64,000 nucleotides of DNA from Ginglymostoma cirratum. Taxonomy: Eukaryota. Where the stretch lies: positions 62,001 through 126,000 of the forward strand of contig JAHRHZ010000266.1 of assembly GCA_024137785.1 (NCBI GenBank). Direction: 5' to 3'. Below, piece after piece: positions 26,805-41,310 of the stretch. Made by a program: the position numbers and the translations under genes. The notes under the pieces were generated by a model. It did no database searches and was not told where the DNA came from. It was given only the letters and a program-made list of their open reading frames with translations. Position 1 is the stretch's first letter; the number at the start of each line of letters is the position of its first letter.

Positions 26805-27260
26805 ACAAAAACAGAAATTGCTGGAGAAACTCAATAGGTCTGACAGCATCTGTGGACAGAAAGCAGAGTTAAAGTTTTCAATCCAGTGACCCTTCTACAG
26901 CACTAATAGTCGCGAGGAAGAGGTGGTATATATGATCTTGACAGGGGTTGTGGGGGAAATGAGTGAGACGATAGGTGGAGATGGAGTCCAGAATGTGAGA
27001 AAGACAGTTAGGCAGACAAACAGATGGACAATGACACTCCAGAGAGAAAGACAACTTGATAAAGGAGACCATAACTCAGTGAAAGTAGACCGTGTCATGA
27101 CCGGACCTGGGGTGACAGTTGGACGCAAGGACATGGAAGGAAGCATTCAGACTCAAAAATTACTGAGGTCCATATTGAGGCCTGGAGGCCGCAGCATCCC
27201 CAAGCAGAAAATCAGATGCTGTTCTTCGAGCTTGCACTAAGCCTTGCTACAACACTGTGG
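26805..27260 (-). mobile_element. Penelope-like element 3' fragment, degenerate
   Basis: The reverse complement contains KLEEQHLIFCLG-type coding sequence and the terminal repeat. Confidence 0.7.
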
Positions 27261-28379
27261 CAAGTTTGAAACAGGGATGACTGGGAATATTTTTCCTGAA
27301 GCTCTTTTGGTGTATTAGTCAACATCTGATTATTAGTCCAGTTTAATTTCTTACCTTAAACTTTGTTGCAGCTTCAGTACAACTGAGTTGTTTGCTTGGC
27401 CATGACGGAATACAACAAATATTCCACCACCTTGCTGTGGGTCTGGAGCCACGTGTACGGAGGGCTAGGGACAGAAATCATGGACCAGGTGCTGTTCCTC
27501 ACCAAGGCTCAGACCAAACCCAAGAGCCAACTCCTGCTGCTTCAGACAGGACACAGTAAAACCCCATTTTTGAACACTGATGTACCACCCACTCCGGTCC
27601 TGCGCCTGACATGCTGGCCAGGCAAAGTGAAGACGGCAGATTTCATTCCTTAAAGGGCATGGTTGAATCAGATGGGATTTCCATCTCTCAACAATGGTCA
27701 CACGCATCCATTAATTTAGCTTTTCATTTAACCTCCAGATGTTTAAAAATGTACGCTCAAATTTGACCTTCTGCTGTTGTCAGATTTAAACTCATGGTCC
27801 CGGAGCTGGGTGCCTGGATTTTTGCAAAGTCACAGCAGCAGTGTACCGCCACCTCCCTTTGTAACCCATGTGTGAATGCAGGGGATGGGATAGGTTCCAT
27901 GTGGCTGTGATGTGTCACGCAGTCAGATGGACACTGGGGGAACACACTTGCACTGAAGGAACTATTCCTGATGAAGGAGTGAACACTTCCACTGGAACCA
28001 AAAGGGACATATTAGACTGTTGCACCTTCTTGCTCGCGGAGATGACCTTAGTGTCAGGATAACTTTGGGTTATTTGGAGATTGAGCTGAATGTTCTGAGT
28101 GTGTCAATGTCTTTCAGTACTGACATTGGAATGCACCTAAAGGGATCACCACATCCAATTACATTAAATATTTAAAAAGTCAAAGATCAAGCACATAAAC
28201 AAAATACTGCAGTTCCTGAAATAAAAATCAAAATGCTGCAAATGCTCAGCAGGGCTAATGTTTTAGTTCAATAACCTTTCACCATAAAATCAAATCATAA
28301 AAAATTCACAGAATCTGTTACACTCGCACTTTACACTCTCCACAGAGTGAAGACTTTATAATTCTCATTCAGTTACAGG

Positions 28380-28700
28380 ATGAGGATGTCACTGGCGAGG
28401 TCAACATTTATTGCCCACTCCTAAGAGGTAAGAATCAACCACATTGCTGTGGGTCTGGAGTCACATGCAGGCCAGTCCAGGTAACTACAACAGCTTCCTT
28501 CCCGAAAGGACGTTACTGAACCAGATAGGTTTTTACAACAATCAAGAGTGCTCACACAGTCATCTTTGGACTCTTACTTTGAGAATTTTATTGATATCAA
28601 ATTCCACCATCAAGCATGGTAGGATTTGACTCTCGTTCCCAGAACATTATCTAGGTATCTGGATTAACAGTCCAGCGATAATGCCACCAGCCATTGCCCC
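28380..28700 (-). mobile_element. SacSINE1/DeuSINE-like SINE
   Basis: Contains the reverse complement of the catgtgactccagacccacagcaatgtggttgattctt central domain, also seen at about 34640, 53150 and 60365. Confidence 0.65.
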
Positions 28701-28722
28701 CCCGGCAAAAAAGATTTCTTAC

Positions 28723-29070
28723 CATATACCTGAAGCCGAGTCTCTTTCTGGATCAGATACTGAGCATTGGGTTCTGAGATGTATTCCACCTGACACAGGT
28801 AAGTGTGATTGTCCCTCACACTCAGCTGGTCAATCCTGGTCGAGGCATTTCCCTCCTCTGGGTTCCCGATGAGCTCGTACCGATTTCTACCGCTTACAGT
28901 TGTCCAATTTCCCTGTGATTGGACTGTAAATGTTACAATGTGTTGGTAGGGCTTCTTCCTCATCCAGGTAACAGTGGACAGGGTGTCGGAGTCTCTGGTC
29001 ATGAAGATACAGGGTAAAGTAACTGAATCTCCATCTATTCCACTCACCACTAAGACATTTCCCTGCGCAG
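28723..29070 (-). CDS. Ig V-set exon V2b (second V-type domain)
   Basis: Open 348-bp phase-1/1 exon, acceptor ctttccccag, donor GTAAGA. Encodes AQGNVLVVSGIDGDSVTLPC...VTW...DNHTYLCQVEY...TRLQVY. Paralog of 43039-43386. Confidence 0.9.
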
Positions 29071-31019
29071 CTGGGGAAAGGACGAAGATCAGAATGGATG
29101 AGGTCAGTATGCAGAAGTTGTCAATTCAATTTGTTACATTTCTTTCAACTTCACGATAAAATGAGTAATTAAATGCGTCACTTATATTTATCACAGTTCT
29201 GGACTAGCCTGTTGTAGTCTCCTAAAGTAATCACCCTGATGAATATTACTCCCTCTCCACCCCCTCATTTTGAGTTACAGGTGCTCATTCACAAGATAAT
29301 TATGGATCAGAAAATGTACTGAACCCACCTGAATTCATTTATCCTGAGCCCAACACCCTCCTTCTCAGCTTTGCTAAATGTGTTTGTTATTTGTTCCCCA
29401 GCCGTACACTTCACACTGTGCCCCTTCAATCTGTCCAGGAATATCATTCCTGATTGAATATACGCCTGTGCGAAGGAGAATATTCCTGATATTAACCTGA
29501 ACATAACCTTTCACTCATTCCAAACTGTGACCTGTGCCATGAATACAGTTTGATTGAGGTCAATTGAAGTCTATAAGAAGATTTCCTGCAGCACCAACCA
29601 TGTCTTTGAATGTTGGGTGGTGGGGGAGAGGAATTAGCCTCATGCTGTACCATCTTTAAAACTTAATCATCTTCTGAAAGAGGGAATCACTCCTCATCTC
29701 CATCCTATTTTGAAAGGAGTTCCAAATTCACCCACTTCCTCTCAGCATCTACACTGTCAAGACCACTCAGGATCTTACAAGTTTCAATAAAGTCACCTCT
29801 TAATCTTCAGCAACGAGTAACCCTTGTTTGACTCTTAACCAATCAGAGTAGGCAGCAGCCACACTCTGATATTCTCAGCCAATGGGAAACAGGGAAGTGG
29901 TTTTTCACATTTTCTCAACCAATGAGACCTGAAGTTCTACAATGTGCTCACACAATGATGGATTAGAAGGTCCTTGCCCAATCTTGTCCTCAACCTCTGC
30001 CAATCACTGGACTGACATCAAGAAGGAGGTCATTTTCCCCATTGGGTCCTGGCTAGCTCCATGTGGAACAATCCAGGCAAGACCCACTCAATAGCTCGAT
30101 TCCCCCCCAACCCCTACCAATTTATTTCTTTCAAGTGTTTGTCTGTTTTTCGTTTGAAATCAATGACTATTCCCATATGCACCTCTGTTGATGTTGGTGA
30201 CTGTCAGCCATCAGCACTCTATGTGTAAAAAATTCACATTGCCTCTTCATCTCTGGCGCAAAATGTAAGGTCTGCATCCTTGTCCCAACAGCTAATGGAT
30301 GGACCTTTTGCTTGTCCTACTTTCTCTTCACCTGTCCCTATCTTCTTCACCTCAATCTAATCTCCCCTCAATCTCCATAGCTCCAAGGAGAACGACCTTT
30401 GCTTCTCAAACCTTGTAACTAAAATCAGTCTCCAATCTCCAACCCAAAAAATTTCAAGACCTCCCTGGAATACTTCAGGTAAATCTGCACTCTCTCACGG
30501 ACTTTCACATTCTTCCCAATGTGTGGTGACTGATCTGGATGCACAGTCGGAGCATTACCAATGTTTACGATTGTTAGGCTCCTTGACTGAAAGGTCAATA
30601 ATGATGGGGCATAATTTAATGTGAAAGCTTGGGAGACTGGAAGGGATTTGAGGAAACTTTTTTTTCAACAAGCAGGGAGTGGGAATTTGAAATGCACTGC
30701 TGGGAGGGTAATAGAGGCAAAAGCACTGAAATATTTTAAAACTACTTGGATGAGCAGCTGACCCATCATAAGATTCAAGGCTATGGGCCAAATGCTGGAA
30801 AGTGGGAGTAGTACAGATTTAGCCCAATTGGTTTGTTGGTGTAGATTCAATGGGCTCAAGGGCATCTTCTGTCCTGTTTGATTCTCTGATGCTGTGGTTC
30901 AGCATACCACGTGGGTGAATGGAAGGAACTAAAAGGGGAAGAAGATGATGGTGGGGGTAATCCTTTGGGTCCATTAAAGTAGCTATATGTTGGGACAGAA
31001 GGGTTCAGAAAAGACAGAC

Positions 31020-33210
31020 AAGGGGGTTACCAGGGTTGGAGGGTTTGAATATAGAGAGAGGCCGAATAGTCTGGGGTATTTTCCCTGGACCATGGAGATT
31101 GACAGGTGACCTTATAGAAGTTTATAAAATCATGACGGGCATGGATAGGATGAATAGGCAAGGCCTTTTGCCCAGGGTAGGGGAGTCAAAATGACAGGAC
31201 ATCGGTTTAAGGTGAGAGGGGAAAGATTTAAAAGGGACCATTTTCACGCAGAGGGTGCGACGTGTGTGGAATGAACTAGCAGATGACAAGGTGGAGGCTG
31301 GCACAATTACAATATTTAAAAGGCATCTTGATGCCTGCATGAATGGGAGGGTTTAGGGTGATATGTTCCAATTGCTGGCAAATGGGATTAGATTAATTTA
31401 GGAGATCTGGTCGGCATGGATGAGTTGGGCTGAAGAGTGTGTTTCCATGCTATACTTATCTATAGCTCTAATAGCTATCAGAAGACAAAAACTGAGAGGG
31501 AAACTGGCTGACTTACAGACCAATTAGTCCCCTGGACGTCTCTGGATGCTTCGAGGATATTAAAGGAAGTAGCTACAGAGACAATAACTGCACATGTACT
31601 AATCTTCCAAGAATCTTTAGATTCTGGATAGGTCCCAGATAATTAAAAATCTCCCAATATAACACCTTTGTCTTTCAAGGAAAGGAGACAAAAAAAGGTA
31701 ACCATAGGCAGTTCAGTTAACAATTGTTATTGGGAAAATGTTAAAGTATAATTAAACATGTAATCATTGTGCATTTGTAAATGTATAATATAATCAAAAA
31801 GAGTCAACATGGCTTCATGAAGGGGAAATCATGCCTGACAAATTTACTTGAATTATTTGAAGTGGTAACATGCTGGATTAATAAAGGGGAATCAGTGGAT
31901 GTTGTATATTTTGATTTTCAAAAGACATTTCACAAGGTGCTACAAATTAAGTTCCTTATTAAGATTAGGTTCCCTAGTGCTGGTGGCAGTATAATCAGCA
32001 TGGATGGAGGATTGACTAACTCATAGAAAGCAGAAAGTTGGGATAACGGCATTGATTTCAGGCTGGTAACCTGTAATTAGTGGAGTGCCACAGGGATCTG
32101 TTTTGGGGTCACATTTATTTACAATTTATGTTAATTTCTTGGATGAGATACTTGAACGTGTTGTAGCTCAGTTTGCTGATGATAGGTGAAAAGGCAATTG
32201 ATGAGGAAGAAACAAAGAAGCTCCAGAGAGATAAAGAGATGTTAAATCAGTGGGCAAAAACTTGGCAGTTGGAATAAAATGTGAAAAATGTTGGGTGATA
32301 CATTTTGGTCGGAAGAATAGAGGAGCTGAATATTATTGAAACAGAGAAAACCTGTAGAATGTTATAGAACAGAGGGATTTGGAAGGTTCATGAATCATAA
32401 AAACATTCAAGCTCAGCAGGTAGTAGGGAAGGCAAATGAAAAGTTGACCTTTATTTCAAAGAGAACGGAATATAAAGCTGGGGAGGTTTTGCCAGGTACT
32501 AGTCAGTTCACAGCTGGAATACTGTAAATAGTTTTGGTCTCTTATCAAAGGAAAGTTAAACTGACATTGGAAGCAGTCCAGAGAAGGTTCAAATAGTTGA
32601 TGCGAGGTATGGAGGGTCTGTCTTATGGGCAGCTGTTGAGTAGATTGGGCCAGTACTTGTTGGAATATAGAAGAATGAAAGGTGACCTTATTGAAACACA
32701 GAAGATTCTTCGGGTGCTTTACAGGAGAGAAGCAGAATGTGTGTTTCTCCTTGTGGGTGAGTGTAGAACCAAACGGCATCATCTCAGAAAAAGGGGTTAC
32801 ACATTTAAGATGAGAGGAATGTCTTCTCTTCAATGTGTTTGAATCCAGATAACAAGGTGTAGAGCTGGATGAACACAGCAGGTCAGGCAGCATCAGAGCT
32901 TTCCTGCTCCTCTGGTGCTGCCTAGCCTGCTGTGTTCTTCCACCTCTACACCTTGTTATCTCAGATTCCAGCATCAGCAGTTCCCATTATCTCTTTTTGA
33001 ATCCAGACTTCATTTCTGCAGAGACCAGTTAAGGTTGGGTCACTAAGCATAGTCAAGCTGAGATTAACAAATTTGTAATCAGCAAGGTGATCAAGGGCTG
33101 TAAAGTAAAAGCAGGAAAATGGAATTGAAGTTATATCTCAGTCATGATGTCATTGAAATGTGGAATGGACACAAGGGGCGAAATGCCTTATTCTATTCCT
33201 ATGTCTTATG
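31020..33210 (+). mobile_element. Cluster of degenerate CR1 LINE fragments
   Basis: SQHGFMKGKSCLTNLLELFE...DVVYFDFQK peptide and CR1 3' ends at about 31470 and 33210. Confidence 0.85.
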
Positions 33211-33779
33211 GTCTACCTGCCTCAATTCTCCATATCTCTCATTTCCTTTTCCAACCACTCTCTCAATATGTCCTGACATCTTCAAAAATGATGGACACAA
33301 ATGGCCAACTTCCTTTATCCAGACCAATCCTTTAAGACCATGACATTGACTCCATATGGCCCATAGGGAGATGGAAATAGTGGGGATCGTGGAGCATGGA
33401 TCCTTTGTGATGTTTTCTCTGTCGCTGTCCCAGAACACTGCAGCCAGTTTGAATGTGACAAATTACTGTGTCAGTGAAGAAAACAGGAGGTTTCAGAGAG
33501 TGTGAGATAACAAGGTGTAGAGCTGGATGAACACAGCAGGCCAAGCAGCATTAGCGGAGCAGGAAAGCTGACGTTTTGGTCTGGACCCTTCTTTCAGAGA
33601 GTGCGATGGAATGGTCTTTAAATCCCAGCATCATCTCTCTCTCTCCTTCTCACTGTCTCCTGCCTGAGACCCAGTGAAAAAGCTCAAGAGAAAGAGCCAA
33701 CCCGAGAGCTCCCTGACCAGGGGAACCTGTTCCCATTGAGCTATCAGGGCAGTGACACCATCCGGACGTTGTTCCTTAC

Positions 33780-34163
33780 CTTGTACTTCCAGCATTGTTG
33801 GAGACCATGTTCGAAAACTGTCAATATTGAGTTCCACACGACAAAGGTAGGAACCAGCATCCTCCCAGCTCAGTCTGTCCATCATTAGTGAGACATCTTT
33901 GTTGCTGAGGTTCCCCACGAATCTGAATCGATTCTCACCATCCTGCTGTTTCACATTCTCACACAGCTCACCCTGGGAATGGTCTAGACCAGGAAATGCA
34001 CATCTAAAGATTACTCCTGTGTCAGATTTAATCCATATCACGGAGCCAGTGAGTGTGAGATTAGTGTCTGGGTGGGTGAAGCTGCAGGGTAAGACAGCGG
34101 TTCTTCCTTCCTCTGCCCTCACACCATCCGCGACTGTCATTGACCAATCATTTTCAGAAAACT
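33780..34163 (-). CDS. Ig V-set exon V1b, Siglec-15-like sialic-acid-binding-type domain
   Basis: Open 384-bp phase-1/1 exon, acceptor ccccttgcag, donor GTAAGG. Encodes FSENDWSMTVADGVRAEEGRTAVLPCSFTHP...IFRC...ELC...RFRFVGNLSNKDVSL...DAGSYLCRVEL...LEVQ. Same length as, and paralogous to, 47839-48222. Confidence 0.9.
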
Positions 34164-34289
34164 CTGCAAGGGGAAAGCAAAAAAGAGAGGATATGAACAC
34201 AGCACAGGAACAGACATCAGTGTTTGGAACAGAAACTTTGAGACTCAATCCTGAGTTTGATATTTAGTGAGAATAGGGTTAGAAATTAT

Positions 34290-34710
34290 AATGAGAGGCA
34301 GTGAACTAACGGTATTACCCATTCATGTGCCATCCAATACACTGGGGACAGAGTTTCACTTTCCACCATGGCCGCTGCTGGAATTTCAATTCAGTTATTT
34401 CATCTGGAATTAAACACTAGTGGAGTTGTTGGTTGTTTCGCTGAGCTGGAAGGCAGATGAAATGTTTGCATGAAAGCCAGCCAGTGAACCAACTAATAAC
34501 TCCAGCTACAAGCCAAGCTACAGATCTTCCCTAAAACTGTAAACACTAGTCGAATGGTCTCCATGAAACCATCATCAATTGTTGGAAAAACAATCTGGTT
34601 CACTGATGCTCTTTAGGGAAGGGAAATGCCATCCTTATCCAGTATGGCCTACATGTGACTCCACGTCCCACAGCAACAGATTTGACTCTAATATACCCTC
34701 AGAATTGGCC
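34290..34710 (+). mobile_element. SacSINE1/DeuSINE-like SINE with an internal insertion
   Basis: Contains the agggaagggaaatgccatccttatccagtatggcctacatgtgactcc central domain. Confidence 0.65.
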
Positions 34711-34764
34711 AGGGAAAACTCTGAGTTGCGCAAAACCATTCCAAAATGTAAAAGGAATGTTATA

Positions 34765-36005
34765 GAGTCATAGAGATGTACAGCACACAAACAGACCCTT
34801 CAGTCGAACTCGTCCATGCCGATCAGATATCCGAAATCAAACCAGTCCCATGTGCCAGCATTTAGCCCATTTCCTTCTAATCTCTGTCTCGCCCATTGCC
34901 ATCTAGAGTCCTTTTAAATGCTGACATTGTGCCAGCCTCCACCACTTCCTCTGGCAGTTCATTCCAACACTCAGTGTGAAAAAGATGTCATTTAAGTGCC
35001 CTTTAAATCTTTACTCTCCCACCCTAAACCCAAGCCCTCCAGATGTGGACTCCGCTACCCTGGGGAAAAGACCTTGACTATTCAGCCTATCAATGCCCCT
35101 CATGATTTTATAAACTTCTATAAGGTCACCCATCAACCTCCAATGCTCAAGGGAAAATAACCCCAACTTGTTCAGCTTCTCCCTATAGCTCAATCCTTCC
35201 AATCCTGGCAACATGCTTGTAAATTTTTTCTGAACTCTTGAATTTCACAACATCTTTCCTATAGCAGGGAGACAAGAAGTGAATGTAGTATTCCAAAAGT
35301 GGCCTAACCAGTGTCCTAGACAGCTGCAGCATGACTAACCAATTCCGATACTCATTGCACTGACCAATAAAGCAAGTGTACCAAATGCCTTCTTCACTAC
35401 CCTGTATACCTGTGACTCCACTTGCAAAGAATTTTAAACCTGCACTCCAACATGTCTTTGTTGGTAACAGTGCCCAGGAGCTTATCATTAAGTGTATAAG
35501 TGTTGCACTGATTTGCATTTCCAAAATGCATCACCTCACATTTCTCTAAATTAAACTCCATCTGCCATTTCTCAGCACATTGGCCTGTCTGATCAATGTC
35601 CCATTGTACTGTGAGATAAACTTCTTCGTTGTCCACTACACCACCAATATTGGTGTCATCTGCAAACTTACCAACCATACCGACGTTATTCACATCCACA
35701 TCATTTAGATAAATGACAATAAGCAATGGATCAAGCACCGATCCTTGCGGCACACCGCCGGAAACAGGCCTCGAGTCCGAAAAGCAATCCTGCTTCACCA
35801 CCCTCTGTCTCCTTCCATCGAGTCAGTAATGCATCCAAATGGCTGGTTCCCCCTGTATTCCATGTGATCTAATCTTGCTAACTAGTCTATAATGTGGAAA
35901 ATTTTCAAATGCCTTAGTGAAGTCCACTTACGTAATGTCCATTTCTCTCCATTCTTCAATCATCTTTGTCACTTCTTCAAAAAACTCCATCAAATTAATG
36001 AGTCA
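34765..36005 (-). mobile_element. CR1 LINE 3' portion
   Basis: GVPQGSVLDPLL, KFADDT and LVRPLLEY peptides plus a 3' tail. Confidence 0.9.
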
Positions 36006-37899
36006 TGTTGTGTCTGAACAGGAAATAGTGTGCCGATAACCATGTCCTGTTGCTCCACACATCACCAGGAACTGTACAAATGTACAACAATCCCAGTGAG
36101 ATCACCCTTGACAGACAGTTACTCAGGACAGAAGTGAACCACACCAGGATTCTTCAGTAACGGTTAAGATAGTTCCATTAGCCAAAAAATCCAATGTGGA
36201 GAGCAGTGAAAAGAAAGGATTCCTGATTAATANNNNNNNNNNNNNNNNNNNNNNNNNNNNNNNNNNNNNNNNNNNNNNNNNNNNNNNNNNNNNNNNNNNN
36301 NNNNNNNNNNNNNNNNNNNNNNNNNNNNNNNNNNNNNNNNNNNNNNNNNNNNNNNNNNNNNNNNNNNNNNNNNNNNNNNNNNAGTCCGTGTGAAGGCAAA
36401 GTCCCACCTTCACATTGAGGGTACATATCCATCATGCATGGCACTAGCCCGGTGTTAAATGGGACTGACTTTGAACAGATCTAACAACTCAAGACCAGGA
36501 TCCATGAGACACTGTGGACTATCAGTCTAGCAGAATTGGGCTCCAACACAATCTGTCAACTCATGGCCTGGTATTTTCCCCCATTGAAACAGTAACATCA
36601 AGTCAGGCGTTCAACTCTGGTTCAATGAACAATGTGGGAGGAAATGCCAGGAACAATACCAGCAAAGCTGAAAATGAGATGTCAGCTACAAAACAGGGCT
36701 ACTTCCATGTTAAACAGCATAAACAGCGTGGGATAAGTGATTCCACTGCCAGTGCATCAGACGTAAGTTCAGCAGACCTGCCACTTGCAGTAACCAACTA
36801 ACAGGAGAATGAGTCCCCACAAATATCTCCATCCACAACGAGAGGGAGCACAGCTCAGCAGTTCAAAAGACAGGGCTGAAGCATTCACAACTAATTTGAC
36901 CGAGAAGTGCTTCGTGATGATTCATCTCAGTCTTCTCCAGAGGTCCCCAGCATCATAGATGACTCTTTACCCAGAAGGCAAACATAATTTGGTGGGTCTG
37001 CAGTCACACATAGGTAGGGCTAGGAACAGAAATCATGGGACCTAGTGTTGTTCCTCATGCAGCCCCTGACCCATCGTCACCAGCCCACACTCGCTTCCAC
37101 TGACCTGGCACAGTGAACCCCATTATTGAAATCTGATGTGCCAGCCACCCCCGTCCTTGCCCTTTATGTGGACCAGACCAAGCAAGGATGGTGGAGAGTG
37201 GAGACAAAAACAGAAATTGCCAGAAAAAATCAGCAGGTCTGGCAGCATTTGTGGACAGAAAGGAGAGTTAATATTTTGGGTCCAGTGACACTGCTTCAGA
37301 AACAAAATGATCGAAAATGGTGGACTGAGAGTAATGTGGATCTTGCAGCTGCTCTGGAGATTCAGGTTCATTTCCAGATTTAGTTTGAGATTTCTTATAT
37401 TTATTAAATTTCGGTAGGGTATGATTTTATTTTGATTCATTGTTAGTTCTTTTACAGGCAAAAACAAAAAAAAACAAAAAATTGACAATTTTTTTTTAAC
37501 AAACGGAGTTCAGTCAATGGACCTTTTGGATCTGCCTGCATGTGGACTGCTCAGTGTTTTTCCTCTGTAACATTGTAAGAGATTTTTTTAACATTGCTAA
37601 AGTGACTTTTTTAAAATTGCAAATTTTAAAGTGTTTTGTTTTAAATGGAGTTGTGTTTACAGAGCTTTGGGAAAGGCTTACACTCTGATGGCTCTGGGGT
37701 GGGATTTCTTTTAATCAGAAGATGGAAAGCTGTTTGCTCGGCCACTTCAGCTGGAGTCATTTTTTTTTTATTTGATCGTTCAGCAAACTGGTTGATTTTA
37801 TTGAAGATTTATACCTCATTTTATTTTATTTCTTATTTCTTACTCTTTGGGTAAGGCAAAACAGTTTGTTTTAGAGATAAGATGCTATTGTAAGCTACT

Positions 37900-40800
37900 T
37901 CTTTTTAAGCCTAATGACATTGAAGGCAGACAAGACGCAAGAATGAGATGGTGAGTAGATTTAGAGAAGTGATTACACAGCAAGATCAGTCAGATCGATG
38001 GATGACTGTCAGGAAAGTTAAGAAGACAGTTCAGAAATCTCCCGTGGCTATTTCTCTCTCAAACAGATTCTTATTTTTGGGTACTGTTGAAAGGATAGTC
38101 TCTCAGAGGAGAATAGACGAAACAGTCAGATTGTGGGGACTAAGAATGAAGCTAAAATGAAGCGGGGTTTGACAAAATTTAAAAGAATAATTGTTGGAGG
38201 TGACTGTCCTATCAAGGGCACAGTCAGGGGATTCTACTGCAGTGAGCACGAATCTAGCATAGTATGCTGCCTTTCTGGTGCCAGGATTCAGAATGTTGCA
38301 AAACATTTGAAGTATATTGTTAAAGGGGAGAGTGAGAAACTGAAGGTTATTGTACAGATTGGTAGGAACAACATTGTTAAGGAAAAGATTTACAAAGTGA
38401 ATATGGAGAGAGGGGGAGATAAAAGGTACTGCAGATGCTGGAGAATCCGAGATAACAAGCATGGGGCTGGATGAACACAGCAGGTCAAGCAGCATCATAG
38501 GAGCAGGAAAACTCGACGTTTCGGGCCTAAACCCTTCATCAGAAATGGGGGAGGGGAAGAGGGTTCTGAAATAAATAGGGAGAGAGGGGGGGAGGCGGAT
38601 AGAAGATGGATAGAGGAGAGGATAGGTGGAGAGGAGGCAGACANNNNNNNNNNNNNNNNNNNNNNNNNNNNNNNNNNNNNNNNNNNNNNNNNNNNNNNNN
38701 NNNNNNNNNNNNNNNNNNNNNNNNNNNNNNNNNNNNNNNNNNNNNNNNNNNNNNNNNNNNNNNNNNNNNNNNNNNNNNNNNNNNNNNNNNNNNNNNNNNN
38801 NNNNNNNNNNNNNNNNNNNNNNNNNNNNNNNNNNNNNNNNNNNNNNNNNNNNNNNNNNNNNNNNNNNNNNNNNNNNNNNNNNNNNNNNNNNNNNNNNNNN
38901 NNNNNNNNNNNNNNNNNNNNNNNNNNNNNNNNNNNNNNNNNNNNNNNNNNNNNNNNNNNNNNNNNNNNNNNNNNNNNNNNNNNNNNNNNNNNNNNNNNNN
39001 NNNNNNNNNNNNNNNNNNNNNNNNNNNNNNNNNNNNNNNNNNNCAGCCCCATGCTTGTTATCTCGGATTCTCCAGCATCTGCAGTACCTTTTATCTCAGA
39101 TACAAAGTGAATATGACAGGTTGTGAAGAAGATTAAAAAAATGTTCCTCAAAAGTACTAAATCTCTGATTTACTCCTGGTGCCTGGCTCAGGTGAGGAAT
39201 GAAAAAACTAAAGGAGGCAAATCAATGACTGAAAAGGTAGTGTAATGAACAGAGTTTCAGATTCTTGAAGCTCTCGGATCATTTCTGGAACAGAAAAGAC
39301 CTGTTCAAAAAGGATGGGTTTTACCTGTACTGGATTAGAGAACAATGGATGGGTAATGATATTGTGGTTCTAGTTAAGATTAAAAAAGTGTCATATATAA
39401 GACACAAACAACTGGGTTTAAATTAATATCTTGAACAGTGTAATGAGTGTAGGGGCATTATTAACAGCGAGGTTAGGAATTCAAAGAAAGGATATGACTT
39501 AGTCTTGGCAAATAAGGTTAAGGTTAATCCAAAGGGATTCTACAGGTACATTAAGAGCAAGACAGCAACTTGAGAAGAAAGTAGGGCCCTTTAAAGATCA
39601 AAGAGGTCATCTTTGTGTTCAACTTCAGGAGTTGGGGAGAGATACTCAGTGAATATTTTGCATTAATTTTTTTCCTGTGGAAAAAGAAATGGAGGCTAGA
39701 GAATTCTGGGAAAAAAAATTGATGTTTTGAAAATAGTTTGCATTGCTGAAGAGTAAGTGCTGGAGGTCTGAGAAAATACAAATCTCTGAGATCTGATCCA
39801 GTGTACACCAAAGCTTTGTGGGAAGTTACGGAAGAAATTAGCGGGCCACTTGCAGAAATATTTGTACCATTTACAAATACAAGTGAGATGCTGAATGTCT
39901 GGAGAGTGGCTAACATGGTGCCTTTGTTTAAGAATAGACTTAAGGAGAGGCGTAGTAACTATAGACTTGTGAGTCCGACTTCGGTGGAGGGTATGTTGTT
40001 GGAAGTGATTCCGACAGTTAGGAGTTCTCTGCGTTCGGAGAAGCAAGGAATGACGAGGGATAGCCACCATAGCTTTGTACAAGGGAAATTGTGTCTCACA
40101 AGCTTGATTAAGTTTTTTGTGGATGTGACCAAGAAGATTGATGAGGGCTGAATGGTAGACATTGCTAACTTTGACTTTGGTAAATCCTTTGAAAAGATTC
40201 TGTATGGTCGACTAATTAGTCAAGTTAACTCACATGCAATTCAGGGTTGCCAAGTGGCTGCAAAATTGACTTAATCGCAGGAGACAGAAAGTGATGGTGG
40301 AGGGATTTTTTTGGACTCGAGGCCCATGACTAATGGTGTTCCACAGGGATTGGTGCTGGGTCCACTTTTGTTTGTCCTTTACATAAGTGATTTAGATGAG
40401 AAAAAACAAAGCATGATTTGTAAGTTTGTGGATGACATCAAGATTTGCAGTACGTTGGGCAGTGAAGAAGATTATCTGAGGTGACAAGGAGACCTTGATC
40501 AATTGGGTCAATGAGCTGAACAGTGAGGAATGCAGTTGAATTCAAATAAATGTGAGGTGTTGTACTTTTGGAAAACAAATAAAGGCAAGACTTTTCAATT
40601 CAGAGTAGGGCCTTGGGTTTTGTTGTAGAGCAGAGAGACACCTCGGCTTTCAGGTTCATAATGTTTTGAAGCTTGCATCATCTTTAAATACGATGGTTAA
40701 GAAGGTGTTTAGCACACTTGCCTTCATCGCTCAGACCTTGAGGGTAAGAGTTGGGATGTTATGTTGAGTTTGCACAGGATGTGAGTGAGGCCTCTACTGG

Positions 40801-41310
40801 GGTACTGTGTCCAGTTCTGGTCGCCTTATTATAGGAAGGACATTATTAAGCTGGAGAGGGTTCAATAGAGATTTATCAGGATGTTGCTGGGAAAGGAGGG
40901 CTTTAGTTATTAGGCAAAGCTGTATAGACTGGGACTTCTCTCAGTGGAGTGTTCAAGGTTAAGAGGTGACCTTACAGAAGTTTATGAAATCATGACGTGT
41001 ATAGATCAAGTGAATGGCTGGTGTATTTTCCCTAGGTTATGGGATTTCAAGACCGGGGGCATAGTTTTAAGGTGAGAGCAGAAAGATTTTGAAAAGACAT
41101 GAGGGCAAATGTTTTCTACATTGACTTTAGTTTGTGTGTGAATGAATATCCAGAGGATGTGGTGGATGTGGTTATAGTTGCAATGTTTAAAAGATAAGTA
41201 CATGAATAAGAAATGTTTGGAGCAATATGGAAGAAGCACAGGCAGGTGGGACTAGTTTAGTTTGGGATTATGGACCGGTTGAACCAAAGGGTCTGTTTCC
41301 CTGCTGGATG
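37900..41310 (+). mobile_element. Old CR1 LINE (ORF1 esterase remnant + RT), internally deleted, interrupted at 38406-39100
   Basis: IVGGDC..VCCLSGARIQ..VQIGRNN (SGNH-like) peptide and WRVANMVPLFK..NYRLVS RT peptide. Confidence 0.85.
38406..39100. mobile_element. Penelope-terminus element with inverted ends and 15-bp TSD (interior in an N gap)
   Basis: TSD tacaaagtgaatatg at 38391-38405 and 39101-39115. 38416-38469 is inverted at 39044-39097. Confidence 0.75.

Noticed and set aside
33780-34163. Assigning the gene symbol SIGLEC15
   Set aside because: Similarity is limited to the V domain. There is no C2 domain or TM lysine and there are multiple copies, so orthology is not supported.
36065-36155. 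Leader-like hydrophobic frame (RVISLGLLYICTVP) upstream of V1b
   Set aside because: There is no in-frame ATG before an upstream stop and the donor is weak. The adjacent N gap prevents a conclusion.
38495-39151. Long ORFs spanning N runs (also 36123-36444 and 57355-58089)
   Set aside because: Artefacts of translating assembly gaps.
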